Positions 11,501-25,255 of a DNA stretch of 64,000 bases are shown here, piece by piece (the first letter of the stretch is position 1; every line of letters starts with the position of its first letter). A program made the position numbers and the translations under genes. The notes beneath the pieces were generated by a model. It made no database searches, had not been told where the DNA came from, and saw only the letters and a program-made list of their open reading frames with translations. Where the stretch lies: the NCBI RefSeq assembly GCF_009914755.1, contig NC_060933.1, one strand, 5' to 3'. Source of the DNA: the human T2T-CHM13v2.0 reference genome, Homo sapiens.

Positions 11501-14500
11501 TGTTCTCAACTAACAGAGTTGAACCTTTGTTTTGATACGGCATTTTGGAAACACTCTTTTTGTAGAATCTGCAGGTGGATATTCGGATAGCTTTGAAGGT
11601 TTCGTTGGAAACGGGAATATCTTCATATAAAATCTAGACGGAAGCATTCTCAGAAACTGCTTTGTGATGTTTTCATTCAAGTCACAGAGTAGAATGTTCC
11701 CTGTTATATACCAGGTTTGAGACACTCTTTCTGCACTACCTGGAAGTGGACGTTTGGAGCGCTTTGAGGCCTATGTTGAAAAAGGAAATATCTTCCCATA
11801 AAAGCTAGACAGAAGCATTCTCAGAAACTTGTTTGTGATGTGTGTATTCAACTAACAGAGATGAACCTTTCTTTTTACAGAGCAGTTTTGAAACACTCTT
11901 TTTGTGGAATCTGAAAGTGGATATTTGGATAGCTTTGAGGATTTCGTTGGAAACGGGATTACATATAAAATCTAGAGAGAAGCATTCTCAGGAACTTCTT
12001 TGTGATGTTTGCATTCACGTCACAGAACTGAACATTCCCTTTCATAGAGCATGTTTGAAACACTCTTTCTGTAGTATCTGCAAACGGACATTTCAAACGC
12101 TTTCAGGCCTATGGTGAGAAAGGAAATATCTTCAAGTAAAAACTAGACAGAAGCATTCTCAGAAACTTATTTGCGATGTGTGTCCTCAACTAACAGAGTT
12201 GAACCTTTCTTTTGATACAACATTTTGGAAACACTCTTTTTGTAGAATCAGCAAGTGGATATTTGAATAGCTTTGAAGGTTTCGTTGGAAACGGGAATAT
12301 CTTCATATAAAATCAAGACAGAAGCATTCTCAGAAACTTCTCTGTGATGTTTGCATTCAACTCATAGAGTTGAACACTTCCCTTCATACAGCAGGTTTGA
12401 AACACTCTTTTTGTAATATTTGGAAGTGGACATTTGCAGCGCTTTGAGGCCTATGATGAAAAAGGAAATATCTTCCCATAAAAACTAGACAGAAGCATTC
12501 TCAGAAACTTGTTTGTGATGTGTGTATTCAACTAACAGAGATGAACCTTTCTTTTTACAGAGCAGTTTTGAAACACTCTTTTTGTGGAATCTGAAAGTGG
12601 ATATTTGGATAGCTTTGAGGATTTCGTTGGAAACGGGATTACATATAAAATCTAGGGAGAAGCATTCTCAGGAACTTCTTTGTGATGTTTGCATTCAAGT
12701 CACAGAACTGAACATTCCCTTTCATAGAGCAGGTTTGAAACACTCTTTCTGTAGTATCTGCAAGCGGACGTTTTAAGCGCTTTCAGGCCTGTGGTGAGAA
12801 AGGAAATATCTTCAAATAAAAACTAGACAGAAGCATTCTCAGAAACGTATTTGCGATGTGTGTCCTCAACTAACAGAGTTGAACCTTTCTTTTGATACAA
12901 CATTTTGGAAACACTCTTTTTGTAGAATCTGCAAGTGGATATTTGGATAGCTTTGAAGGTTTCGTTGGAAACGGGAATATCTTCATATGAAATCAAGACA
13001 GAAGCATTCTCAGAAACTTCTCTGTGATGTTTGCATTCAACTCATAGAGTTGAACACTTCCCTTCATACAGCAGGTTTGAAACACTCTTTTTCTAATATT
13101 TGGAAGTGGACATTTGCAGCGCTTTGAGGCCTATGTTGAAAAAGGAAATATCTTCTCCTAAAAACCAGACAGAAGCATTCTCAGAAACTTCCTTGTGATG
13201 TGTGTACTCAAGTAACAGAGTTGAACCTTCCTTTTGACAGAGCAGTTTTGAAGCACTCTTTTTGTAGAATCTGCAAGTGGATATTTTGATACCTTTGAGG
13301 ATTTCGTTGGACACGGGATATCTTCATATAAAATCTAGACAGAAGCATTCTCAGAAACTTCTTTGTGCTGTATGTCCTCAATTAACAGAGTTGAACCTTT
13401 GTGTGGATACAGCATTTTGGAAACATTCCTTTAGTAGAATCTGCAAGTTGATATTTAGATAGCTAGTAAGATTTCCTTGGAAACGGGAATATCTTCATAT
13501 AAAATCTAGACGGAAGCATTCTCAGAAAGTGCTTTGTGATGTTTGCATTCAAGTCACAGAGTTGAATATTCCCTTTTATAGAGCAGGTTTGAAACACTCT
13601 TTCTGCACTACCTGGAAGTGGACATTTGGAGCGCTTTGAGGCCTATGTTGAAAAACGAAATATCTTCCCATAAAAACTAGACAGAAGCATTCTCAGAAAC
13701 TTGTTTGTGATGTGTGTATTCAACTAACAGAGATGAACCTTTCTTTTTACAGAGCAGTTTTGAAACACTCTTTTTGTGGAATCTGAAAGTGGATATTTGG
13801 ATAGCTTTGAGGATTTCGTTGGAAACGGGATTACATATAAAACCTAGAGAGAAGCATTCTCAGGAACTTCTTTGTGATGTTTGCCTTCAAGTCACAGGAC
13901 TGAACATTCCCTTTCATAGAGCAGGTTTGAAACACTCTTTCTGTAGTATCTGCAAGCTGACGTTTCAAGCGCTTTCAGGCCTATGGTGAGAAAGGAAATA
14001 TCTTCAAGTAAAAACTAGACAGAAGCATTCTCAGAAACTTATTTGCCATGTGTGTTCTCAACTAACAGAGTTGAACCTTTGTTTTGATACGGCATTTTGG
14101 AAACACTCTTTTTGTAGAATCTGCAGGTGGATATTCGGATAGCTTTGAAGGTTTCGTTGGAAACGGGAATATCTTCATATAAAATCTAGACGGAAGCATT
14201 CTCAGAAACTGCTTTGTGATGTTTTCATTCAAGTCACAGAGTAGAATGTTCCCTGTTATATACCAGGTTTGAGACACTCTTTCTGCACTACCCGGAAGTG
14301 GACGTTTGGAGCGCTTTGAGGCCAATGTTGAAAAAGGAAATATCTTCCCATAAAAACTAGACAGAAGCATTCTCAGAAACTTGTTTGTGATGTGTGTATT
14401 CAACTAACAGAGATGAACCTTTCTTTTTACAGAGCAGTTTTGAAACACTCTTTTTGTGGAATCTGAAAGTGGATATTTGGATAGCTTTGAGGATTTCGTT

Positions 14501-17500
14501 GGAAACGGGATTACATATAAAATCTAGAGAGAAGCATTCTCAGGAACTTCTTTGTGATGTTTGCATTCACGTCACAGAACTGAACATTCCCTTTCATAGA
14601 GCATGTTTGAAACACTCTTTCTGTAGTATCTGCAAACGGACATTTCAAACGCTTTCAGGCCTATGGTGAGAAAGGAAATATCTTCAAGTAAAAACTAGAC
14701 AGAAGCATTCTCAGAAACTTATTTGCGATGTGTGTCCTCAACTAACAGAGTTGAACCTTTCTTTTGATACAACATTTTGGAAACACTCTTTTTGTAGAAT
14801 CTGCAAGTGGATATTTGAATAGCTTTGAAGGTTTCGTTGGAAACGGGAATATCTTCATATAAAATCAAGACGGAAGCATTCTCAGAAACTTCTCTGTGAT
14901 GTTTGCATTCAACTCATAGAGTTGAACACTTCCCTTCATACAGCAGGTTTGAAACACTCTTTTTGTAATATTTGGAAGTGGACATTTGCAGCGCTTTGAG
15001 GCCTATGATGAAAAAGGAAATATCTTCCCATAAAAACTAGACAGAAGCATTCTCAGAAACTTGTTTGTGATGTGTGTATTCAACTAACAGAGATGAACCT
15101 TTCTTTTTACAGAGCAGTTTTGAAACACTCTTTTTGTGGAATCTGAAAGTGGATATTTGGATAGCTTTGAGGATTTCGTTGGAAACGGGATTACATATAA
15201 AATCTAGGGAGAAGCATTCTCAGGAACTTCTTTGTGATGTTTGCATTCAAGTCACAGAACTGAACATTCCCTTTCATAGAGCAGGTTTGAAACACTCTTT
15301 CTGTAGTATCTGCAAGCGGACGTTTTAAGCGCTTTCAGGCCTGTGGTGAGAAAGGAAATATCTTCAAATAAAAACTAGACAGAAGCATTCTCAGAAACGT
15401 ATTTGCGATGTGTGTCCTCAACTAACAGAGTTGAACCTTTCTTTTGATACAACATTTTGGAAACACTCTTTTTGTAGAATCTGCAAGTGGATATTTGGAT
15501 AGCTTTGAAGGTTTCGTTGGAAACGGGAATATCTTCATATGAAATCAAGACAGAAGCATTCTCAGAAACTTCTCTGTGATGTTTGCATTCAACTCATAGA
15601 GTTGAACACTTCCCTTCATACAGCAGGTTTGAAACACTCTTTTTCTAATATTTGGAAGTGGACATTTGCAGCGCTTTGAGGCCTATGTTGAAAAAGGATA
15701 TATCTTCTCCTAAAAACCAGACAGAAGCATTCTCAGAAACTTCCTTGTGATGTGTGTACTCAAGTAACAGAGTTGAACCTTCCTTTTGACAGAGCAGTTT
15801 TGAAGCACTCTTTTTGTAGAATCTGCAAGTGGATATTTTGATACCTTTGAGGATTTCGTTGGACACGGGATATCTTCATATAAAATCTAGACAGAAGCAT
15901 TCTCAGAAACTTCTTTGTGCTGTATGTCCTCAATTAACAGAGTTGAACCTTTGTGTGGATACAGCATTTTGGAAACATTCCTTTAGTAGAATCTGCAAGT
16001 TGATATTTAGATAGCTAGGAAGATTTCCTTGGAAACGGGAATATCTTCATATAAAATCTAGACGGAAGCATTCTCAGAAAGTGCTTTGTGATGTTTGCAT
16101 TCAAGTCACAGAGTTGAATATTCCCTTTTATAGAGCAGGTTTGAAACACTCTTTCTGCACTACCTGGAAGTGGACATTTGGAGCGCTTTGAGGCCTATGT
16201 TGAAAAACGAAATATCTTCCCATAAAAACTAGACAGAAGCATTCTCAGAAACTTGTTTGTGATGTGTGTATTCAACTAACAGAGATGAACCTTTCTTTTT
16301 ACAGAGCAGTTTTGAAACACTCTTTTTGTGGAATCTGAAAGTGGATATTTGGATAGCTTTGAGGATTTCGTTGGAAACGGGATTACATATAAAACCTAGA
16401 GAGAAGCATTCTCAGGAACTTCTTTGTGATGTTTGCCTTCAAGTCACAGGACTGAACATTCCCTTTCATAGAGCAGGTTTGAAACACTCTTTCTGTAGTA
16501 TCTGCAAGCTGACGTTTCAAGCGCTTTCAGGCCTATGGTGAGAAAGGAAATATCTTCAAGTAAAAACTAGACAGAAGCATTCTCAGAAACTTATTTGCCA
16601 TGTGTGTTCTCAACTAACAGAGTTGAACCTTTGTTTTGATACGGCATTTTGGAAACACTCTTTTTGTAGAATCTGCAGGTGGATATTCGGATAGCTTTGA
16701 AGGTTTCGTTGGAAACGGGAATATCTTCATATAAAATCTAGACGGAAGCATTCTCAGAAACTGCTTTGTGATGTTTTCATTCAAGTCACAGAGTAGAATG
16801 TTCCCTGTTATATACCAGGTTTGAGACACTCTTTCTGCACTACCCGGAAGTGGACGTTTGGAGCGCTTTGAGGCCTATGTTGAAAAAGGAAATATCTTCC
16901 CATAAAAACTAGACAGAAGCATTCTCAGAAACTTGTTTGTGATGTGTGTATTCAACTAACAGAGATGAACCTTTCTTTTTACAGAGCAGTTTTGAAACAC
17001 TCTTTTTGTGGAATCTGAAAGTGGATATTTGGATAGCTTTGAGGATTTCGTTGGAAACGGGATTACATATAAAATCTAGAGAGAAGCATTCTCAGGAACT
17101 TCTTTGTGATGTTTGCATTCACGTCACAGAACTGAACATTCCCTTTCATAGAGCATGTTTGAAACACTCTTTCTGTAGTATCTGCAAACGGACATTTCAA
17201 ACGCTTTCAGGCCTATGGTGAGAAAGGAAATATCTTCAAGTAAAAACTAGACAGAAGCATTCTCAGAAACTTATTTGCGATGTGTGTCCTCAACTAACAG
17301 AGTTGAACCTTTCTTTTGATACAACATTTTGGAAACACTCTTTTTGTAGAATCAGCAAGTGGATATTTGAATAGCTTTGAAGGTTTCGTTGGAAACGGGA
17401 ATATCTTCATATAAAATCAAGACAGAAGCATTCTCAGAAACTTCTCTGTGATGTTTGCATTCAACTCATAGAGTTGAACACTTCCCTTCATACAGCAGGT

Positions 17501-20500
17501 TTGAAACACTCTTTTTGTAATATTTGGAAGTGGACATTTGCAGCGCTTTGAGGCCTATGATGAAAAAGGTAATATCTTCCCATAAAAACTAGACAGAAGC
17601 ATTCTCAGAAACTTGTTTGTGATGTGTGTATTCAACTAACAGAGATGAACCTTTCTTTTTACAGAGCAGTTTTGAAACACTCTTTTTGTGGAATCTGAAA
17701 GTGGATATTTGGATAGCTTTGCGGATTTCGTTGGAAACGGGATTACATATAAAATCTAGGGAGAAGCATTCTCAGGAACTTCTTTGTGATGTTTGCATTC
17801 AAGTCACAGAACTGAACATTCCCTTTCATAGAGCAGGTTTGAAACACTCTTTCTGTAGTATCTGCAAGCGGACGTTTTAAGCGCTTTCAGGCCTGTGGTG
17901 AGAAAGGAAATATCTTCAAATAAAAACTAGACAGAAGCATTCTCAGAAACGTATTTGCGATGTGTGTCCTCAACTAACAGAGTTGAACCTTTCTTTTGAT
18001 ACAACATTTTGGAAACACTCTTTTTGTAGAATCTGCAAGTGGATATTTGGATAGCTTTGAAGGTTTCGTTGGAAACGGGAATATCTTCATATGAAATCAA
18101 GACAGAAGCATTCTCAGAAACTTCTCTGTGATGTTTGCATTCAACTCATAGAGTTGAACACTTCCCTTCATACAGCAGGTTTGAAACACTCTTTTTCTAA
18201 TATTTGGAAGTGGACATTTGCAGCGCTTTGAGGCCTATGTTGAAAAAGGAAATATCTTCTCCTAAAAACCAGACAGAAGCATTCTCAGAAACTTCCTTGT
18301 GATGTGTGTACTCAAGTAACAGAGTTGAACCTTCCTTTTGACAGAGCAGTTTTGAAGCACTCTTTTTGTAGAATCTGCAAGTGGATATTTTGATACCTTT
18401 GAGGATTTCGTTGGACACGGGATATCTTCATATAAAATCTAGACAGAAGCATTCTCAGAAACTTCTTTGTGCTGTATGTCCTCAATTAACAGAGTTGAAC
18501 CTTTGTGTGGATACAGCATTTTGGAAACATTCCTTTAGTAGAATCTGGAAGTTGATATTTAGATAGCTAGGAAGATTTCCTTGGAAACGGGAATATCTTC
18601 ATATAAAATCTAGACGGAAGCATTCTCAGAAAGTGCTTTGTGATGTTTGCATTCAAGTCACAGAGTTGAATATTCCCTTTTATAGAGCAGGTTTGAAACA
18701 CTCTTTCTGCACTACCTGGAAGTGGACATTTGGAGCGCTTTGAGGCCTATGTTGAAAAAGGAAATATCTTCCCATAAAAACTAGACAGAAGCATTCTCAG
18801 AAACTTGTTTGTGATGTGTGTATTCAACTAACAGAGATGAACCTTTCTTTTTACAGAGCAGTTTTGAAACACTCTTTTTGTGGAATCTGAAAGTGGATAT
18901 TTGGATAGCTTTGAGGATTTCGTTGGAAACGGGATTACATATAAAACCTAGAGAGAAGCATTCTCAGGAACTTCTTTTTGATGTTTGCCTTCAAGTCACA
19001 GGACTGAACATTCCCTTTCATAGGGCAGGTTTGAAACACTCTTTCTGTAGTATCTGCAAGCTGACGTTTCAAGCGCTTTCAGGCCTATGGTGAGAAAGGA
19101 AATATCTTCAAGTAAAAACTAGACAGAAGCATTCTCAGAAACTTATTTGCCATGTGTGTTCTCAACTAACAGAGTTGAACCTTTGTTTTGATACGGCATT
19201 TTGGAAACACTCTTTTTGTAGAATCTGCAGGTGGATATTCGGATAGCTTTGAAGGTTTCGTTGGAAACGGGAATATCTTCATATAAAATCTAGACGGAAG
19301 CATTCTCAGAAACTGCTTTGTGATGTTTTCATTCAAGTCACAGAGTAGAATGTTCCCTGTTATATTCCAGGTTTGAGACACTCTTTCTGCACTACCTGGA
19401 AGTGGACGTTTGGAGCGCTTTGAGGCCAATGTTGAAAAAGGAAATATCTTCCCATAAAAGCTAGACAGAAGCATTCTCAGAAACTTGTTTGTGATGTGTG
19501 TATTCAACTAACAGAGATGAACCTTTCTTTTTACAGAGCAGTTTTGAAACACTCTTTTTGTGGAATCTGAAAGTGGATATTTGGATAGCTTTGAGGATTT
19601 CGTTGGAAACGGGATTACATATAAAATCTAGAGAGAAGCATTCTCAGGAACTTCTTTGTGATGTTTGCATTCACGTCACAGAACTGAACATTCCCTTTCA
19701 TAGAGCATGTTTGAAACACTCTTTCTGTAGTATCTGCAAACGGACATTTCAAACGCTTTCAGGCCTATGGTGAGAAAGGAAATATCTTCAAGTAAAAACT
19801 AGACAGAAGCATTCTCAGAAACTTATTTGCGATGTGTGTCCTCAACTAACAGAGTTGAACCTTTCTTTTGATACAACATTTTGGAAACACTCTTTTTGTA
19901 GAATCAGCAAGTGGATATTTGAATAGCTTTGAAGGTTTCGTTGGAAACGGGAATATCTTCATATAAAATCAAGACAGAAGCATTCTCAGAAACTTCTCTG
20001 TGATGTTTGCATTCAACTCATAGAGTTGAACACTTCCCTTCATACAGCAGGTTTGAAACACTCTTTTTGTAATATTTGGAAGTGGACATTTGCAGCGCTT
20101 TGAGGCCTATGATGAAAAAGGAAATATCTTCCCATAAAAACTAGACAGAAGCATTCTCAGAAACTTGTTTGTGATGTGTGTATTCAACTAACAGAGATGA
20201 ACCTTTCTTTTTACAGAGCAGTTTTGAAACACTCTTTTTGTGGAATCTGAAAGTGGATATTTGGATAGCTTTGCGGATTTCGTTGGAAACGGGATTACAT
20301 ATAAAATCTAGGGAGAAGCATTCTCAGGAACTTCTTTGTGATGTTTGCATTCAAGTCACAGAACTGAACATTCCCTTTCATAGAGCAGGTTTGAAACACT
20401 CTTTCTGTAGTATCTGCAAGCGGACGTTTTAAGCGCTTTCAGGCCTGTGGTGAGAAAGGAAATATCTTCAAATAAAAACTAGACAGAAGCATTCTCAGAA

Positions 20501-23383
20501 ACGTATTTGCGATGTGTGTCCTCAACTAACAGAGTTGAACCTTTCTTTTGATACAACATTTTGGAAACACTCTTTTTGTAGAATCTGCAAGTGGATATTT
20601 GGATAGCTTTGAAGGTTTCGTTGGAAACGGGAATATCTTCATATGAAATCAAGACAGAAGCATTCTCAGAAACTTCTCTGTGATGTTTGCATTCAACTCA
20701 TAGAGTTGAACACTTCCCTTCATACAGCAGGTTTGAAACACTCTTTTTCTAATATTTGGAAGTGGACATTTGCAGCGCTTTGAGGCCTATGTTGAAAAAG
20801 GAAATATCTTCTCCTAAAAACCAGACAGAAGCATTCTCAGAAACTTCCTTGTGATGTGTGTACTCAAGTAACAGAGTTGAACCTTCCTTTTGACAGAGCA
20901 GTTTTGAAGCACTCTTTTTGTAGAATCTGCAAGTGGATATTTTGATACCTTTGAGGATTTCGTTGGACACGGGATATCTTCATATAAAATCTAGACAGAA
21001 GCATTCTCAGAAACTTCTTTGTGCTGTATGTCCTCAATTAACAGAGTTGAACCTTTGTGTGGATACAGCATTTTGGAAACATTCCTTTAGTAGAATCTGC
21101 AAGTTGATATTTAGATAGCTAGGAAGATTTCCTTGGAAACGGGAATATCTTCATATAAAATCTAGACGGAAGCATTCTCAGAAAGTGCTTTGTGATGTTT
21201 GCATTCAAGTCACAGAGTTGAATATTCCCTTTTATAGAGCAGGTTTGAAACACTCTTTCTGCACTACCTGGAAGTGGACATTTGGAGCGCTTTGAGGCCT
21301 ATGTTGAAAAACGAAATATCTTCCCATAAAAACTAGACAGAAGCATTCTCAGAAACTTGTTTGTGATGTGTGTATTCAACTAACAGAGATGAACCTTTCT
21401 TTTTACAGAGCAGTTTTGAAACACTCTTTTTGTGGAATCTGAAAGTGGATATTTGGATAGCTTTGAGGATTTCGTTGGAAACGGGATTACATATAAAACC
21501 TAGAGAGAAGCATTCTCAGGAACTTCTTTGTGATGTTTGCCTTCAAGTCACAGGACTGAACATTCCCTTTCATAGAGCAGGTTTGAAACACTCTTTCTGT
21601 AGTATCTGCAAGCTGACGTTTCAAGCGCTTTCAGGCCTATGGTGAGAAAGGAAATATCTTCAAGTAAAAACTAGACAGAAGCATTCTCAGAAACTTATTT
21701 GCCATGTGTGTTCTCAACTAACAGAGTTGAACCTTTGTTTTGATACGGCATTTTGGAAACACTCTTTTTGTAGAATCTGCAGGTGGATATTCGGATAGCT
21801 TTGAAGGTTTCGTTGGAAACGGGAATATCTTCATATAAAATCTAGACGGAAGCATTCTCAGAAACTGCTTTGTGATGTTTTCATTCAAGTCACAGAGTAG
21901 AATGTTCCCTGTTATATACCAGGTTTGAGACACTCTTTCTGCACTACCCGGAAGTGGACGTTTGGAGCGCTTTGAGGCCAATGTTGAAAAAGGAAATATC
22001 TTCCCATAAAAACTAGACAGAAGCATTCTCAGAAACTTGTTTGTGATGTGTGTATTCAACTAACAGAGATGAACCTTTCTTTTTACAGAGCAGTTTTGAA
22101 ACACTCTTTTTGTGGAATCTGAAAGTGGATATTTGGATAGCTTTGAGGATTTCGTTGGAAACGGGATTACATATAAAATCTAGAGAGAAGCATTCTCAGG
22201 AACTTCTTTGTGATGTTTGCATTCACGTCACAGAACTGAACATTCCCTTTCATAGAGCATGTTTGAAACACTCTTTCTGTAGTATCTGCAAACGGACATT
22301 TCAAACGCTTTCAGGCCTATGGTGAGAAAGGAAATATCTTCAAGTAAAAACTAGACAGAAGCATTCTCAGAAACTTATTTGCGATGTGTGTCCTCAACTA
22401 ACAGAGTTGAACCTTTCTTTTGATACAACATTTTGGAAACACTCTTTTTGTAGAATCTGCAAGTGGATATTTGAATAGCTTTGAAGGTTTCGTTGGAAAC
22501 GGGAATATCTTCATATAAAATCAAGACGGAAGCATTCTCAGAAACTTCTCTGTGATGTTTGCATTCAACTCATAGAGTTGAACACTTCCCTTCATACAGC
22601 AGGTTTGAAACACTCTTTTTGTAATATTTGGAAGTGGACATTTGCAGCGCTTTGAGGCCTATGATGAAAAAGGAAATATCTTCCCATAAAAACTAGACAG
22701 AAGCATTCTCAGAAACTTGTTTGTGATGTGTGTATTCAACTAACAGAGATGAACCTTTCTTTTTACAGAGCAGTTTTGAAACACTCTTTTTGTGGAATCT
22801 GAAAGTGGATATTTGGATAGCTTTGCGGATTTCGTTGGAAACGGGATTACATATAAAATCTAGGGAGAAGCATTCTCAGGAACTTCTTTGTGATGTTTGC
22901 ATTCAAGTCACAGAACTGAACATTCCCTTTCATAGAGCAGGTTTGAAACACTCTTTCTGTAGTATCTGCAAGCGGACGTTTTAAGCGCTTTCAGGCCTGT
23001 GGTGAGAAAGGAAATATCTTCAAATAAAAACTAGACAGAAGCATTCTCAGAAACGTATTTGCGATGTGTGTCCTCAACTAACAGAGTTGAACCTTTCTTT
23101 TGATACAACATTTTGGAAACACTCTTTTTGTAGAATCTGCAAGTGGATATTTGGATAGCTTTGAAGGTTTCGTTGGAAACGGGAATATCTTCATATGAAA
23201 TCAAGACAGAAGCATTCTCAGAAACTTCTCTGTGATGTTTGCATTCAACTCATAGAGTTGAACACTTCCCTTCATACAGCAGGTTTGAAACACTCTTTTT
23301 CTAATATTTGGAAGTGGACATTTGCAGCGCTTTGAGGCCTATGTTGAAAAAGGAAATATCTTCTCCTAAAAACCAGACAGAAG
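5520..23383 (+). repeat. Seven tandem 15-mer HORs (2552 bp each)
   Basis: Unit starts at 5520, 8072, 10624, 13176, 15728, 18280 and 20832. Example layout: trimer 8072-8583, T1 8584-9263, T2 9264-9943, T3 9944-10623. Confidence 0.96.
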
Positions 23384-25255
23384 CATTCTCAGAAACTTCC
23401 TTGTGATGTGTGTACTCAAGTAACAGAGTTGAACCTTCCTTTTGACAGAGCAGTTTTGAAGCACTCTTTTTGTAGAATCTGCAAGTGGATATTTTGATAC
23501 CTTTGAGGATTTCGTTGGACACGGGATATCTTCATATAAAATCTAGACAGAAGCATTCTCAGAAACTTCTTTGTGCTGTATGTCCTCAATTAACAGAGTT
23601 GAACCTTTGTGTGGATACAGCATTTTGGAAACATTCCTTTAGTAGAATCTGCAAGTTGATATTTAGATAGCTAGGAAGATTTCCTTGGAAACGGGAATAT
23701 CTTCATATAAAATCTAGACGGAAGCATTCTCAGAAAGTGCTTTGTGATGTTTGCATTCAAGTCACAGAGTTGAATATTCCCTTTTATAGAGCAGGTTTGA
23801 AACACTCTTTCTGCACTACCTGGAAGTGGACATTTGGAGCGCTTTGAGGCCTATGTTGAAAAACGAAATATCTTCCCATAAAAACTAGACAGAAGCATTC
23901 TCAGAAACTTGTTTGTGATGTGTGTATTCAACTAACAGAGATGAACCTTTCTTTTTACAGAGCAGTTTTGAAACACTCTTTTTGTGGAATCTGAAAGTGG
24001 ATATTTGGATAGCTTTGAGGATTTCGTTGGAAACGGGATTACATATAAAATCTAGAGAGAAGCATTCTCAGGAACTTCTTTGTGATGTTTGCATTCACGT
24101 CACAGAACTGAACATTCCCTTTCATAGAGCATGTTTGAAACACTCTTTCTGTAGTATCTGCAAACGGACATTTCAAGCGCTTTCAGGCCTATGGTGAGAA
24201 AGGAAATATCTTCAAGTAAAAACTAGACAGAAGCATTCTCAGAAACTTATTTGCGATGTGTGTTCTCAACTAACAGAGTTGAACCTTTCTTTTGATACAA
24301 CATTTTGGAAACACTCTTTTTGTAGAATCTGCAAGTGGATATTTGAATAGCTTTGAAGGTTTCGTTGGAAACGGGAATATCTTCATATAAAATCAAGACG
24401 GAAGCATTCTCAGAAACTTCTCTGTGATGTTTGCATTCAACTCATAGAGTTGAACACTTCCCTTCATACAGCAGGTTTGAAACACTCTTTTTGTAATATT
24501 TGGAAGTGGACATTTGCAGCGCTTTGAGGCCTATGATGAAAAAGGTAATATCTTCCCATAAAAACTAGACAGAAGCATTCTCAGAAACTTGTTTGTGATG
24601 TGTGTATTCAACTAACAGAGATGAACCTTTCTTTTTACAGAGCAGTTTTGAAACACTCTTTTTGTGGAATCTGAAAGTGGATATTTGGATAGCTTTGCGG
24701 ATTTCGTTGGAAACGGGATTACATATAAAATCTAGGGAGAAGCATTCTCAGGAACTTCTTTGTGATGTTTGCATTCAAGTCACAGAACTGAACATTCCCT
24801 TTCATAGAGCAGGTTTGAAACACTCTTTCTGTAGTATCTGCAAGCGGACGTTTTAAGCGCTTTCAGGCCTGTGGTGAGAAAGGAAATATCTTCAAATAAA
24901 AACTAGACAGAAGCATTCTCAGAAACTTATTTGCGATGTGTGTCCTCAACTAACAGAGTTGAACCTTTCTTTTGATACAACATTTTGGAAACACTCTTTT
25001 TGTAGAATCTGCAAGTGGATATTTGGATAGCTTTGAAGGTTTCGTTGGAAACGGGAATATCTTCATATGAAATCAAGACAGAAGCATTCTCAGAAACTTC
25101 TCTGTGATGTTTGCATTCAACTCATAGAGTTGAACACTTCCCTTCATACAGCAGGTTTGAAACACTCTTTTTCTAATATTTGGAAGTGGACATTTGCAGC
25201 GCTTTGAGGCCTATGTTGAAAAAGGATATATCTTCTCCTAAAAACCAGACAGAAG
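23384..25255 (+). repeat. 11-mer HOR variant (1872 bp; lacks tetramer T1)
   Basis: Spacing is 1872 = 2552-680. The T1-specific monomer containing GTTCCCTGTTATATACCAGG is absent. Confidence 0.95.
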
